From Anthoceros angustus (Eukaryota > Plantae > Anthocerotophyta): a stretch of DNA of 63,075 nt. The stretch spans positions 3,543,897 to 3,606,971 of the forward strand of contig MU008158.1 of NCBI GenBank assembly GCA_010909165.1, written 5' to 3'. Position numbers and translations under genes: made by a program. Numbering within the stretch: the stretch's first letter is position 1; each line of letters starts with the position of its first letter. This document shows positions 36,801-48,442 of the stretch, piece by piece. A model generated the notes under the pieces. That model did not search any database, was not told the origin of the DNA, and worked only from the letters and a program-made list of their open reading frames with translations.

Positions 36801-39507
36801 TGGACCCATATTCTCCACCTCCGTCAAATCTGAGACAGAGTAAGGTATCGCATGTATGTTTTTCTGACCAGGTCTTGTCTTCTTTGAAACATGTAAATGC
36901 TTGGGCCTTGTTTTTCAGTATATAGATAACGGTAAATCGAGTCAAATCGTCGATCAGCAGCATGAAATAGGTGTAGCCGAATAGGGATCTGTTGAAGGGC
37001 CCGCATAGGTCAGAATGTATTAACTGAAGTCGCTTTGTTGCTCTTGTAGTGGAGGCCTTAGGGAAAGCTGAGCGGTGACTCTTGCCTAGGGAACAAGCTT
37101 CACAAGTGCCGAACTCCTCGATTTTGGTGAGGGTAATGCCATGGGCTGCTTGTGTTTTTATCATCTCTTTCATTTTCTGCATGTTCATATGCCCAAGTCG
37201 GGCATGCCACAGAAAGGTCTGATTCTGCTTGTGTGTCCCTGCAGATAGAGAGGAAGGATAGCTGACCCTGAGATGATATAAGTCATCGTTTTTTAGGTCA
37301 CCTGCTGCAATGAGGTCACCTTGGGGAGTTTCAATGACACAGTGGCCATTCTCGAAACAAACATAGCAGCCTGCTTGGTCAACTTTGCGAACTGAGAACA
37401 GATTTTTAGTGAGCCCATGTACTAGCAAGACATCTGAGATCTGCAAAGTGGAGTTGGGTGGGACATTGAGGTCGACGGTTCCCTGACCTAGTATATGGTG
37501 TTTGGAATTGTCGCCAAGGCTAACGAAGTTAGGTTGTGCTACAGGTATGACTGTTGTGAAGTATTCCCTGTGAGGAGTCATATGTTGCGACGCGCCGGAG
37601 TCAATATACCAGGCGTGTTCGCCTGGAGCTGATAGACAGGAGGCTACTAGGGCTGATGGTGTAGTATTGGTTTGAGTTCGTGGCTGAGTTGAGTGAGGAA
37701 AGCCTTGGAATGTTTCTGCATGGTTAGGGCCAACGGGCCAGATTGTTGATATCTGTGATGGTTGGAAGATGCTAACCTCTTACGGCATTCTTCATATGTG
37801 TGGCTGGGTATTTTGCAGTACCCACATATGGACTTCCAGGAGGGATTATATGTTCCTCTGCCACGGCTGGGGTAAGTGCCCCGACCTCTGGGGCTGCATT
37901 ACAAATATTATATGAATTTAAATCAAATTTTGATAGATAGAAAAAGTAAGAAGGAAAGTAGAAAGGTTTTTAAAGGAAAGAAGGAAAGTCCATTGGACTT
38001 TGCTTAGTGATGGTTCATATGAATTTGATGTGACTAGACAAAATTTGGCCTATTGGCATATTATGGATCATTGCAATTCTCTATGAGTTCCTACCGGTTC
38101 TAACTCTATATGATTTCATGAGAGTAGTTCACCCATATTCATATGTTCACAAGAATAGTTTAATTATCCTAATTCTTCATATATTCTTCATATTGAACCT
38201 ATGTATATTGTAAAAGAAGTATTGATTCATCGCATGCATTGCCCCTTCCACGACCTCTGACTCTTCCTCTGCCTCTGCCTGTGTAGAAAGCACTGGAGGA
38301 TGACTCTCCAGAATGGGCGAAGACCTTCCGGCGTCCTTCTTTGGTGAGCATAGCGCTTAGTACCTTGTTGACTGTTAAGGGCGTAATGCCTTGGAGGCTT
38401 TGCACAACGCTGACCCATTACTCGGGTAATGTTGATAGCAGGATCGCTGCGAGGAGCTCCTCGGCTGCTGTGGCTGTCCCTTCCAGCTGCTGCACAGTGC
38501 CTTGCTTCATGCTTTGCATGAGCATGTTTCTAGCTTGTTGATTGTGGTCCTCCCACTCATCTTGCTCATGTTGTGTTCCGCCAATGTATCCCCAGAGCTT
38601 GTGCTCTTTTAGGATATTTGTTATGCGAAATTTCCAGATGGGGAAATTGTGCTGCTGCCCATCAAATTTGTCCTCTTTGGACAGGGAGAGGTGGGAGGTC
38701 GACATTGTAAGTGTGGGGTTCTAGACGCTGAAGACGGTGTTTCTAAGTATGCAGGAAACTTCCAATTGCATGGTAATAACAATTCTGTAGGTTCTTTGTG
38801 GAAATTTTACATGTGCACGTGGTTGGTCTAGTTTGGTTAATGTGTGTATTACTGAATTTTGCAGGTCTGCAATCTCTTGCGCAGATGGCAATCTAAAAAG
38901 ACCGTGTTGGCGGCTTAAGTAGCTGAGGCGGAAAGTGATCTGTTCTTTGACATCTGTTGAGGAGATGGGAGCTATGATGTCTAGGGTGGTGGTGTATTCC
39001 TTCTTCATTGCTGATGGAACAGAAACTCCACTTGAAGGTATGCCCAGTCGTATTCGCTTGGATCTAAGCGCCCCCTGAGGGTAAGTTCTTCTGCAATTAG
39101 TAGTAAAGCCCTACAGGTTATGTTCCAGCCGTAGTGCTATAGATTTCCCTTGCTTCCTTGAGATTTCGTTGCTCTCTGTGGAATCTTTGTTGTTCCAGGT
39201 ATTCGGCCTGGCGCCCTACCCTTCTTTCGAGGCGTTGATGCTTTTTATCTCCCAGCATGGAGATGTGATGGGTATGGCGTTATGCCATGGCTGGATGGAT
39301 GATTGGGGCATAGGACGCCTGGTCTGATACCATGTGAAATTGTGAGATTGTGTATTTGCTTAGATTGAATGTTTTTGTTTAGTGTTATGTACAGACGTGT
39401 GAGAGAACGAAATGCTGCGTCTGGGACCTAATCATTTATTCGAATACCGTTCGATATCTTTGACACTATGAACCGTGCCCTAAGGGCTAGGGGTTATCAA
39501 TTTAACA
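33819..39507 (-). mobile_element. Full-length but inactivated Ty1/copia LTR retrotransposon
   Basis: 175-bp TG...CA LTRs at 33819-33993 and 39333-39507 (about 10 differences by hand count); TSD ATAGA on both sides. PBS TGGTATCAGA at 39323-39332(-); PPT AAGTGGGAG next to the 3' LTR. Gag from 38705, zinc knuckle CGYCKIPSHTYEEC, protease WYIDSGASQHM, integrase 36124-37581, RT YVDD and RNase H (34008-34979). Several stops and frameshifts. Confidence 0.97.
37900..38234. mobile_element. 335-bp AT-rich insertion in copia gag, probable solo LTR
   Basis: Flanked by the 5-bp direct repeat TGCAT (37895-37899 and 38235-38239), with termini TA...CA. It splits the gag RG-rich region (GRGRGNA / APRGRG). 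Confidence 0.65.
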
Positions 39508-39512
39508 ATAGA

Positions 39513-40370
39513 CTCCGAGGAGGTTCATATAAGCGATGTGCTTGTCCCCAGGAAAGCTCTTAGTCAGGATATTTGCTGCCATTTGCTTAGTCGAGCAATA
39601 TTCTAATTTGATCTCTCCTGCTGCACATTTCTCACGAACATAGTGATATTGCAAGTCAATGTGCTTTGACCTTGAGCTAAACTTCCGATTCCCCGCAAGA
39701 GAAAGGGCAAATTGGTTGTCGATCTTGATTCTCACAGGCTTCAGCTATGCCATACCTGGTTCTTCAAGAAGACCTACATGATCTACAACCCGCTTTGCTG
39801 CTTGCGTAGCTGCCATATATTCGGATTCTGTGGAAGAGAGGGCTATTGCAGTTTGCCTCTTCTATCCCCAATCGATTGCAGCATTGCATAACATCAATAC
39901 GAATCCCGAAGTTGATTTCTTCGAATCCACATCTCCCCCCAATCGGCATCCGTATAAGCGTACAGTTGAGGGGTGAGATGAACCGCAGGGCCGTCGGCTG
40001 GATGGCCCTTGTAGAGAAGCCCTCTTCAGATAGCGTGAAATACGTTTGAGTGCCGACCAATGAGCCGGGCTGGGGTTGGCCATCTGTTGGGCCAAGACAC
40101 GCACGGAGTGGCTAAGGTCATGCCTTAATGTTGCCCGTATCCAATCAATCTAACCAACAGCTTCCTCCTCATACGAGATGGATTCTATATACTTCCGTTC
40201 TTCATCATCCTTAGGTGCATGTGCTGCACTCAAGGGGGCACCCATTGTAAGTAGAGTGGATGCAGGCTTGCACTCGAGCATATTGAATCCCCGTAGTCCA
40301 CGAGCATATTGAATCCCCATAGTCCACTCCTTTCATGACAATCAAGGATACTTCCTGTCCAGTCTGTGCT
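39513..40370 (-). mobile_element. Older Ty1/copia RT-RNase H 3' part (host of the nested element)
   Basis: Reads FNMLECKPAST, HWSALKRISRYLK, SKKSTSGFV and KIDNQ...RSKHIDLQYHYVRE...QMAANILTK. It continues beyond the nested element to PPT TGAGGGGGAG at 33778-33787(-). Confidence 0.9.
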
Positions 40371-40389
40371 GAGTTATGTTGTGGGGTGA

Positions 40390-41060
40390 AGGGATAAAAT
40401 GTCGACGGAGCAATCGAGCGCTATAAGGCCTGTCTTATCGCGCAAGGTTATACGCAAAGGGCCGGAGCCGATTATGATGTGGATTACATTTTCTTTCCAG
40501 TGGTTCAGATAAGCTCTCTGCGCACCTTTCTGATAGTTGGCACCAGTCATGATTAGGAGGTTGTTTGGTCAGATGTAAAGACAGCATTCCTATATGACCG
40601 TGTGAAAGAAGAGATTTATATGTATCAGCCCGAGGCATACGAAGGAAAAGAACATCTCGTATGCTTGCTTTTGGGTAGCATCTTCGGGCTCAAGCAATCA
40701 GCCATAAATTGGAATGAATTGATGAATGAAGCTCTTCTTGAGTTTGGGTTTGTGAAATACCCATCATATGGTAACGTCTACGTACATAGGACTGGGAATG
40801 CACTTGTCATCCCTGCTTTATACGTGGAGATGATTGCATTCTAGCGAGCAATGATAAATTTGGATTGCTGGCAAAGACAATTACTCAAGTCTAAGTTTCA
40901 GATGGCAGATTTAGATGAAGGTACATAGGACTGGGAATGCACTTGTCATCCCTGCTTTATACGTGGATGATTGCATTCTAGCGAGCAATGATAAATTTGG
41001 ATTGCTGGCAAAGACAATTACTCAAGTCTAAGTTTCAGATGGCAGATTTAGATGAAGGTA
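40390..41060 (+). mobile_element. Ty1/copia RT N-terminal fragment (inverted) with a 139-bp tandem duplication
   Basis: Reads DGAIERYKACLIAQGYTQ, KEEIYMYQPE, SIFGLKQS and LYVDD. The unit starting GTACATAGGACTGGGAATG occurs at 40782 and 40921. Confidence 0.85.
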
Positions 41061-42526
41061 ACTAGAAATCGCAATCATAGTGGTTACATTTGATTTAAAC
41101 CCTATACATCAAAAACACTCTAACTCAAGGGCGAGGGCAGGCCCAATACATCAACACTCTAACTCAAGGGCGAGGGCAGCCGTGGACGACTGCCCAAGGG
41201 TGTCAGGGTCGAAGGGGCATTTACCAAACGTACGGAATGTACGCTCCCTATGGCGAGCCCCAGTAGGCTGGCCGAAGGCTCCGCCTAGAGGGGCAACAAT
41301 CCGCCAAAATACCTTGATAACCCACTACGCAAGCCCTTGCTTCCTGAACAAAAACCCTAAAAGCCCACGGCCGGAATATGATAGCCAAAGCCCGCTAAAA
41401 CCGAAAAATCGGGCCCTGCCACTGCAAAACTCCACCCTCTGAAAACCCTAAAGCTGTTAGCCACTGAACCCTAAACCTATAATACCCTAAACTTAGACCA
41501 GCCGCCGCAAAATCCTAGACCTGTAAAACCTTAAACCTAGAAGCCGACTCACCACGGGGCCGCTACTATCGTATTCCAGGCGGTTCATGGATTTTGTGAA
41601 GGGTGACGGGTAGACGAGGACGTTGCGCAACGCTCACCGTTCTCCGTGGATTTTATGAAGCGTGACCGTCTATGTCCAGGTGTTGCCACATACAGTGCAC
41701 TGTGCACATGCATATGCATCAGGAAGTGCCGGAAGCCATCTGAAGGATAGTACAAACTTTCTTTTTTGTTGTAACGGAGGCTTACATATTCTGCCGTGCT
41801 ACCATTGGAGCACCAAGTCTCTTGCCACAAATGCAGTTGCAGAAAGGGAACTTGGTGAACTGAGAATCAACAAAACCTTTATCTTACATGTTATGCCGAA
41901 GTTTAATGTCATTGTGGCTGATCAGCTTGATGAGCGGTACTTCAGTATTATTAGGCAACAGAGAGTTCCCCAGTTCTCTGAGCTACTTGGCGGACCCGAA
42001 CCGGTATGCTGACCTCCAGCCTACAAACCCGATCTGACACGCATATTTGTAGTGCTATGCAATTTGGCAAACTGGGTGCCTTAGGACTGAAAAACGTTTC
42101 TCAGCTTTCTCAGACGCTTTCTACACACATACTGCACGGACACACACACCGCTCCTCCATGTCTGGTTTTATTGCAAAAGCGCAGCTTTAGAATGAAGAA
42201 AGAAGAAAACGCGCAGCTTTCGAACTCGTGCGCATATGGTATGTATGATTGTGTTGACAGTGAAGGCCTGTCCGTACCATGATTGAGGCTTGCTCGACAA
42301 TGACTGATGGTGAAAGACTGGCGGAGGCGGGCACGCTGATACCACACGTTGATGAGCGATGTGAAGCATCTGGAGGAAGATCTCTAGCAGGTATCTCTAC
42401 CTGCTTTAGCGCGCTATGTGATGAGCGTACCTGAGGCTGAAACTCGGGTGCCAGAAACCGACTGATTGGGTCACGAGCTCTCACTGGCCAGGGCTCCCTC
42501 CTCCTCAGCCGCATCGGGATCCAGAG

Positions 42527-43995
42527 ATGGAGCTGCCGGCGAGCGCGCTGTGGATGCCAGTGCTGCTTGCAGCTCTGGGATTCCTTACAACCGCGGCAGC
42601 TGCCCCACTGCAGGCTGATTTCTGGAACTGCAATCCCAAGCCGGTGTGGAATCAATCCGAGACCGGCGTTCTGCTGCCCAACTGCTGCACGCTGGAGGCG
42701 CTGATGCGCAAGCCCGAGCCGCTGTACAAGACATGGCAGCAGTACTTGGAGCAGAGCGGTCTTCTGGACAGGCCAATACGAGTGCGTCCGGCAGCGCATC
42801 TCATTGCAGACAACGAAACCTACCTGCATCAGCTGGACCTGGCATTCAGGCTGCACAAGGCGCTTCCAGACGCCGACCCAAGGTCCCAGATTTCGCAGAT
42901 GAACTTCCACTGCCTGTATGGCTCTCCTGGCGTGGCGCACCAGGCTGGCTATCAGTACTTGAACTACCTCGTCCACAACAATTGGTACTTCTTCCCATTC
43001 CACCGCTGGTAAGCTCTATGCATTTCAAGCTCAAGAGATTGGCATTGAGATTGCTATTGCAGCCAATGATGCGCTTTCCATCTCACCCTGGCACCCTGGC
43101 CTCGGCTGCAAAATAGGTTCACCTTCTTCTACGAGAGGATGCTCGCCCAGTTGGTGGGCGATGACTCCTTTGTTCTGCCCTTCTGGAACTGGGACAATCA
43201 GAGCACCAACTCCAAGCACCTTCCCAACACTGTTCCCCACTACTTCCGCAATCCTGACAAGTACCCGGGTCTGTATCACAAGTATCGCGATCCTCGCCAC
43301 CGACCTGAAGCGGAACCTGCCATCATCAACCTCCTTGTCGACTCTGTCAAATCGGGGTTTTCTCCCGCGACAGCCCAGGAGGAAACTCGGGCTCGTGCAC
43401 TGAACAAGGCGCACCTGCGAAGCGTGATCGTGGACAGCACCGCCGACGGCAGCAGGGAAGACTTCCTCTCAAACCCGATGCGATTAGGAGGCAAGATTCC
43501 CAACTTCCAGAAATGGAGACTCGGATTCGAAGCGCAAGCGCATCTGGCTGTCCATTTCTGGTTGGGAGACCCGGCCCACGCTTACGCGGACATGGGATTG
43601 ATTTACCATGCTGTTCGAGACCCGCTTTTCTTTCCCCACCACGCCAACGTTGACAGGATATGGAACGTCTGGATGGTATAGGTTGCCTGGAATGGAACCA
43701 TGGATGCCAGACATCATCGATTTCTTGAACCTACCATGTGAGACTGACTTTGTGTTGCATTGTTCAGGGACTCGAGGGCAGGCGCAATTATGATGACCCC
43801 GACTTCCTGGACGCTGCCTTCTACTTCTACGATGAGAATGCGGAGATTGTGAGAGTTACTGTTGCTGAGTGTCTCAATTCTGACCTCTTGAAATACACCT
43901 ACCAAGACGTGGAGAACGAGTGGGTCACCTATGACGCTTCAGCCGATTCAGCCCTTTTCCTCGACGACCCATCTCCAGCGCGCTCCCAAGCATGA
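42527..43995 (+). CDS. PPO: Polyphenol oxidase D, secreted short type (422 aa, 3 exons)
   Basis: Exons 42527-43008, 43117-43675 and 43768-43995; introns of 108 and 92 bp. Signal peptide VLLAALGFLTTAAA; CuA HCLYG...HNNWYFFPFHRW; CuB EAQAHLAVHFW...DPLFFPHHANVDRIW. Confidence 0.95.
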
Positions 43996-44075
43996 TGAGT
44001 GGGTCACCTGTTACGCATCAACCGATTCAAGCCTTTATCGTCCACAACCCATGCCCAGCACGTTCCCGAGCATGA
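43918..44075 (+). repeat. Tandem duplication of the last 78 bp of the PPO D coding sequence into its 3' UTR
   Basis: GAGTGGGTCACCT...AGCATGA at 43918-43995 is repeated, diverged, at 43997-44075. Confidence 0.85.
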
Positions 44076-44981
44076 ATGGCTACGGACACACTACCTAGCA
44101 GTTTGAATATGTTACCTCGTTGCCCTTCATAATCTACGCTCGCGGCCATAGATACAAGAGTTCGTTGTCTGGTGGCCTCCCTACCTGCCTGCCCCAACGG
44201 TTTGGATCGGGGTTGTTCAAGCAGCAAATCTACGTAACATTAACATTTGATATGTATGGATGGCACCAACGATGTAGTAGCTAGCAATGTTCCAACATTA
44301 CTTCAAGAACGCACCTTGTGTTTTGTCTCTTTCTTGTCCGTCACGTGCTACAAAAACTGAATGACTCGTAGGCATTAGCTTCATTCCATTTCCTGCTCTG
44401 GAAGATGTCCTAAACCACTGGCAGGTGACTCTGCGAACAGCATTTTCCAGGTCACGGTTGCTCCCTTGTCCTCACCACCACTAAGGTACCACTCCTCCGT
44501 TGCCACCAAGCCACAGAATTAGTATATTTTCTCACGGCCCAGCTGGATACACGCTCTTCAAAATAGAGGATAGTCTACGTCGACCAATGGATACAAGCCA
44601 GAAAAAGCTGGGTCCTGGACAAACACGAGGGGAAAAGGGAGGCTTGCTGCTGCACGGGCCTGACTTGGCTTTTCCTTGCTCCAGTAGGGTGCCCCCTCCG
44701 GTAGCACGAGGCGGTCGCTATATCCCACCGTCATAAAAAACTCTAAAGGGTTGTCGTACTAGTCATTCACATGGAGTGACGAAAGAACCAGAACACACAT
44801 GTAAGTTGGTACATTATCTCGTAAGTTGGACGCTTTTGCCAGACTACCTCCCTGTGGCCTGGTGTATTGAAGTAATGGTGAAGCACGCACAGGGAGCCTA
44901 AGGAAGCTGCTTATGTTGGCGTGTAACCCATCGAACCTCGGAACGAAGTCTGGCCCCAAGTCCTTGTCTCCAAAAGGCGAA

Positions 44982-45420
44982 ACCTGTTTCAATCTGAACT
45001 TGAAGAATTGTTTTTGAACAACTAACGCCATTTTACACTGCACTTCAAAATTCTCCAAACCACCGTCCTTCTTCAAAGTGACGTCAAGCCTCTCTTCCAC
45101 AGTAATAGTAATAGGATCTGTAGGAATAAAAGTTGTCTGCAAAGGCCCAGGTGCCGCATGGACATCCTCTACAATCACTTCACCTTCCGCCTTCAATGAT
45201 TCTAAGAACTGGTTTGCCTTCTGTGACTTGCCAAGCTTCATACCAGCTCCTTTGGCAACAGCAGGGACAGATTGTGTTGACCGTCCTTTTGGTTTTCCGG
45301 AGGGGTCTGAATCTAGGCCTGAGCCAAATCCCGAACTGCTGCCAAAGCCACCGCTCCCAAGATCACTTGAATCACTGATACCATTGTCAAAATATGTGAT
45401 GGCTCCCGAAGATTTAACAC
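44982..45420 (-). pseudogene. Internal fragment of coatomer subunit delta (delta-COP)
   Basis: GMKLGKSQKANQFLESLKAEGEVIVEDV...PTDPITITVEERLDVTLKKDGGLENFEVQ, then frameshifted LQVQIETG. This matches the plant delta-COP linker and mu-homology domain start. Both ends of the gene are missing. Confidence 0.85.
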
Positions 45421-45429
45421 ACAGAGGGG

Positions 45430-45727
45430 CAGGCAGCTGCACTCAGAGACTGTCAAAAGAGGACTGCTGGAAAATGTATTGTTGGGCAACTGCCTGGTGG
45501 CATGTATGCAAAATGTGGTGAACTGGGAGACGCACGCCAGGTTTTTGACAGCTTGGCCATAAAGAATGTGGTGATATGGAATGCCCTGATTGCTGGGTAT
45601 GCACAGCAACTTGGAACCGGGCAAGAAGCTCTTGTTGTGTACCGACAAATGGAGCAAGAAGACCTCATTTTGGCTGACCATGTTACTTTTACTTGCCTTC
45701 TGAAGGCCTGTGCAACCACTGGTGCCA
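45430..45727 (+). pseudogene. PLS-class PPR fragment
   Basis: MYAKCGELGDARQVFDSLAIKNVVIWNALIAGYAQQ...HVTFTCLLKAC (S-P-L motifs), closely similar to 47370-47665. Confidence 0.85.
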
Positions 45728-46148
45728 ACCACATTAAACATGCAACCAGTGGCTGCATGTTTAAGCTGTGGTGGCCAACCCCATTCGGCCACCACAGCTT
45801 GGGTTCCACGAAGACAAGCTGCAGAACATAATTCCCATCTCACAACAGTGTCCCCATGACACACTAGGAACTCAAGAATGCAAGGACTGCACAATGAGAT
45901 TGGTTCACGAGCAAAGCCAGCCCAATTCTGCAGTCCTGCCTTGCTTTTATGCAGCAATTTCCCATGTCCTGAGCACAGCGTAACTGCCCATTATTCAGCA
46001 ACTTTGTAGGCACTGCCATTCACCGTCCAGGTCAGTCCACCGACTCTGGCCTGGCTGCCGTAGAGGCCGTGGGTTAGTGCGCGTAGAGAGGACGCGTTTG
46101 TGAGCGGCCTAGTCCTGTCCATGCACCTCCGACAGCGGTCCCTGAACA

Positions 46149-47903
46149 ATGGCCACAGCGAAGGCTGAAGCTTCTTTTCTTCTCTTTGCAGTTCGTTGGC
46201 TTTCAGGCGGGACCCAGCAAATTGGTGTGTGTACAGGGATTCTACGAGGAGCTCCTGCTAACCTCAGCATAGGGAGTCGACTCCTGGCAAGCAAATCCTC
46301 CAGGTGCAGCAGTGTAAAGAGCCCAGTACTTCCACTTTCGAGAAAGTGTGTGGGTAGGGACGGGTTTTCCAGCTACGGTCGTTGCCAGGAGCAGGAGCAC
46401 TTGTGGCAGCCACTTTTTCTGGACCCTACCCTGTGGTGGGACAACAGACGAGGTAAGAAGAGCGCCCGTTCCCCTGACTTCCGGCGTAAGGGGTCCGGCG
46501 AGGTGCAGTGCTTAAGCAACATGTTTAAGCCAGCTTGGGTTGATGAGCACCTCATGTGCATCGATCTGCAGATGGGACATGGTGCGTCTCCTTCCGAGTC
46601 CAGCTCCCCGGATAAGCCTAAACCTGAGAGGCGTGCAGGATCGGCAATGGGTGTTCTTACTGCTGTTACCGTGTGCAGTTATGTCAGCAGGGGAAGCTTT
46701 CTGATGCCGTTGGAGCCCTGGAATCGCTGGCGAAGACAGAGTCTGCGATTTCCTAGTCTCTGTTGTACACTGTACTAAAACTGTGTACAGCTAAGAAGGA
46801 TTTGGTTGTGGGGCGTCGAGTTCATGATCTCACTGCCAAACTTGGGTACGAGTCGAGTGCATACTTGGGGAACCATATCTTGCGCATGTATGCATGTGGA
46901 GGTAGGCTGCAGGAGGCCATGGGTGTGTGCACCAAGGTGGGCAAACCAGATGTCTTCATGTGGTTTTCCATAATCTCTGCATAGCTCGTCTCAGCACCTC
47001 AGTTTGCGACTTTTTGCCGCAGCCTATGATTCGTCCAGGCTTAGCGATCAGTTCCCTCGCTCACCAGAAGATGCGCGTCCTGTTCTGCTATTGCAGGGGT
47101 GGGACTCGACTAGGCGCCGGAAGACAAGAATGTACTGACACGGAATGCCTTGATAGCTGGGTATGCAAAATTTGGTGAATTGAAAGATGCACGCCAGGTC
47201 TTTGACAGCATGAACACAAAGAATGTGGCGACATGGAATGCTCTGATAACTGGGTATGCCCAGCAAGGGGTCGGACAGGACAAATGGAACAGGAGGGTCT
47301 TATTTTGGCTGACCATGTTACTTTTGGTTGCCATGCAGGCCTGTGCAAGCACTGGCACCTTACAGAAGGGCAGTCAGCTGCACTCACAGATTGTCAACAG
47401 AGGGCTGCTGAATGACGTAGTGGTGAGCACCTGCCTTGTGGACATGTATGCAAAATGTGGTGAACTGGAAGATGCTCGTCACGTTTTTGACAGTTTGCCC
47501 ACAATGGATGTGGTGACATGGATAGCGCTGATTGCTGGGTATGCACAGCAAGGACTCAGCCAAGAGGCCCTTATTGTGTATGGACAAATGGAGGGGGCGG
47601 GCCTCATGTTGGCTGACCATGTTACTTTTGCTTGCCTTCTGAAGGCGTGTGGAAGTAGTGGTGCCTTACAGAAGGGCATGCAACTGCACTCCCAGATTGG
47701 AGAAACTAGCTCTGGCGTTTGGTCTCTTGAATACTCCCGGTGGAACACCTCTTGTGGTAACAAAGAATCTACGCATGTGCTGGGACTGCCACAGTTCCAC
47801 GGAAATTATGCCGAGGCTTGAACAGAGAGACATTGTTGTAAGGGATGGGCACTGCGTGCATCGATTCGTAGCTGGTTGTTGCAGTTGTAAGGGTTGAAGG
47901 TGA
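46149..47903 (+). pseudogene. PLS-class PPR-DYW RNA-editing factor pseudogene (N-terminal PDF-like motif, DYW:KP/GRP-like C-terminus)
   Basis: Organelle-targeting-like N-terminus, then WWDNRRGKKSARSPDF at about 46434-46481. Broken P-L-S repeats span 46760-47699. A deletion fuses GMQLHSQI to EKLALAFGLLNTPGGTPLVVTKNLRMCWDCHSST...VRDGHCVHRFVAGCCSCKG*R* (47700-47903). Confidence 0.88.
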
Positions 47904-48279
47904 GAAAAATGATGAAAGTAGGTAGTGCTCAAGCCGAGAATATTGCTTTCTTTCTTGGGGCGAATGCGAAATGTGGTCGGGCGAGCTGTCCTGCCAGGGA
48001 TAGGGTTGCAAGCTTGGAATTTGGCTCAAATGCGGTGGAAGTGGGGCCGCGGTTGCCGGACTTTGGCTTGTAGCTGTGGCAGGAAGCTCCTGTGGTTGTG
48101 ACACTGGGGGCCGGGCCTGATTCCGGGTCCGAAGACGGAAGGAAGCGGCGGGCATTTCTGCCGCCGGTGAACATCGTGGCTAGGTGTTCCATATGGCTGG
48201 ATGGTGCGGGGCCAGAGCAGCGGTGTTGAATGTTCCTCGCAAATGATGCGAAATCATTTATAGTGTGTATAAGGGAAGG

Positions 48280-48442
48280 ACAGTGACAGTGGCAGTGGCA
48301 GTGGCAGTGGCAGCGGCAGCAACAGCGGCAGCGACAGCGACAGCGGCAGCGACAGCGGCAGCGACAGCGGCAGTGGCAGTGGCAGCGGCAGGGGCAGGGG
48401 CAGCGGCAGCGGCAGCGGCAGTGGCACTGGCACTGGCACTGG
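48280..48442. repeat. Degenerate hexanucleotide microsatellite (GCAGTG/GCAGCG/ACAGCG/GCACTG), about 27 units
   Basis: A strict 6-bp period is visible, and it generates the poly-Ala, CRCR and PLPL ORFs in the track. Confidence 0.9.

Noticed and set aside
41340-41540. Several AAACCCTA-like motifs (telomeric or telo-box)
   Set aside because: They are dispersed and degenerate, not a tandem telomeric array; more likely TE subterminal or promoter-like sequence.
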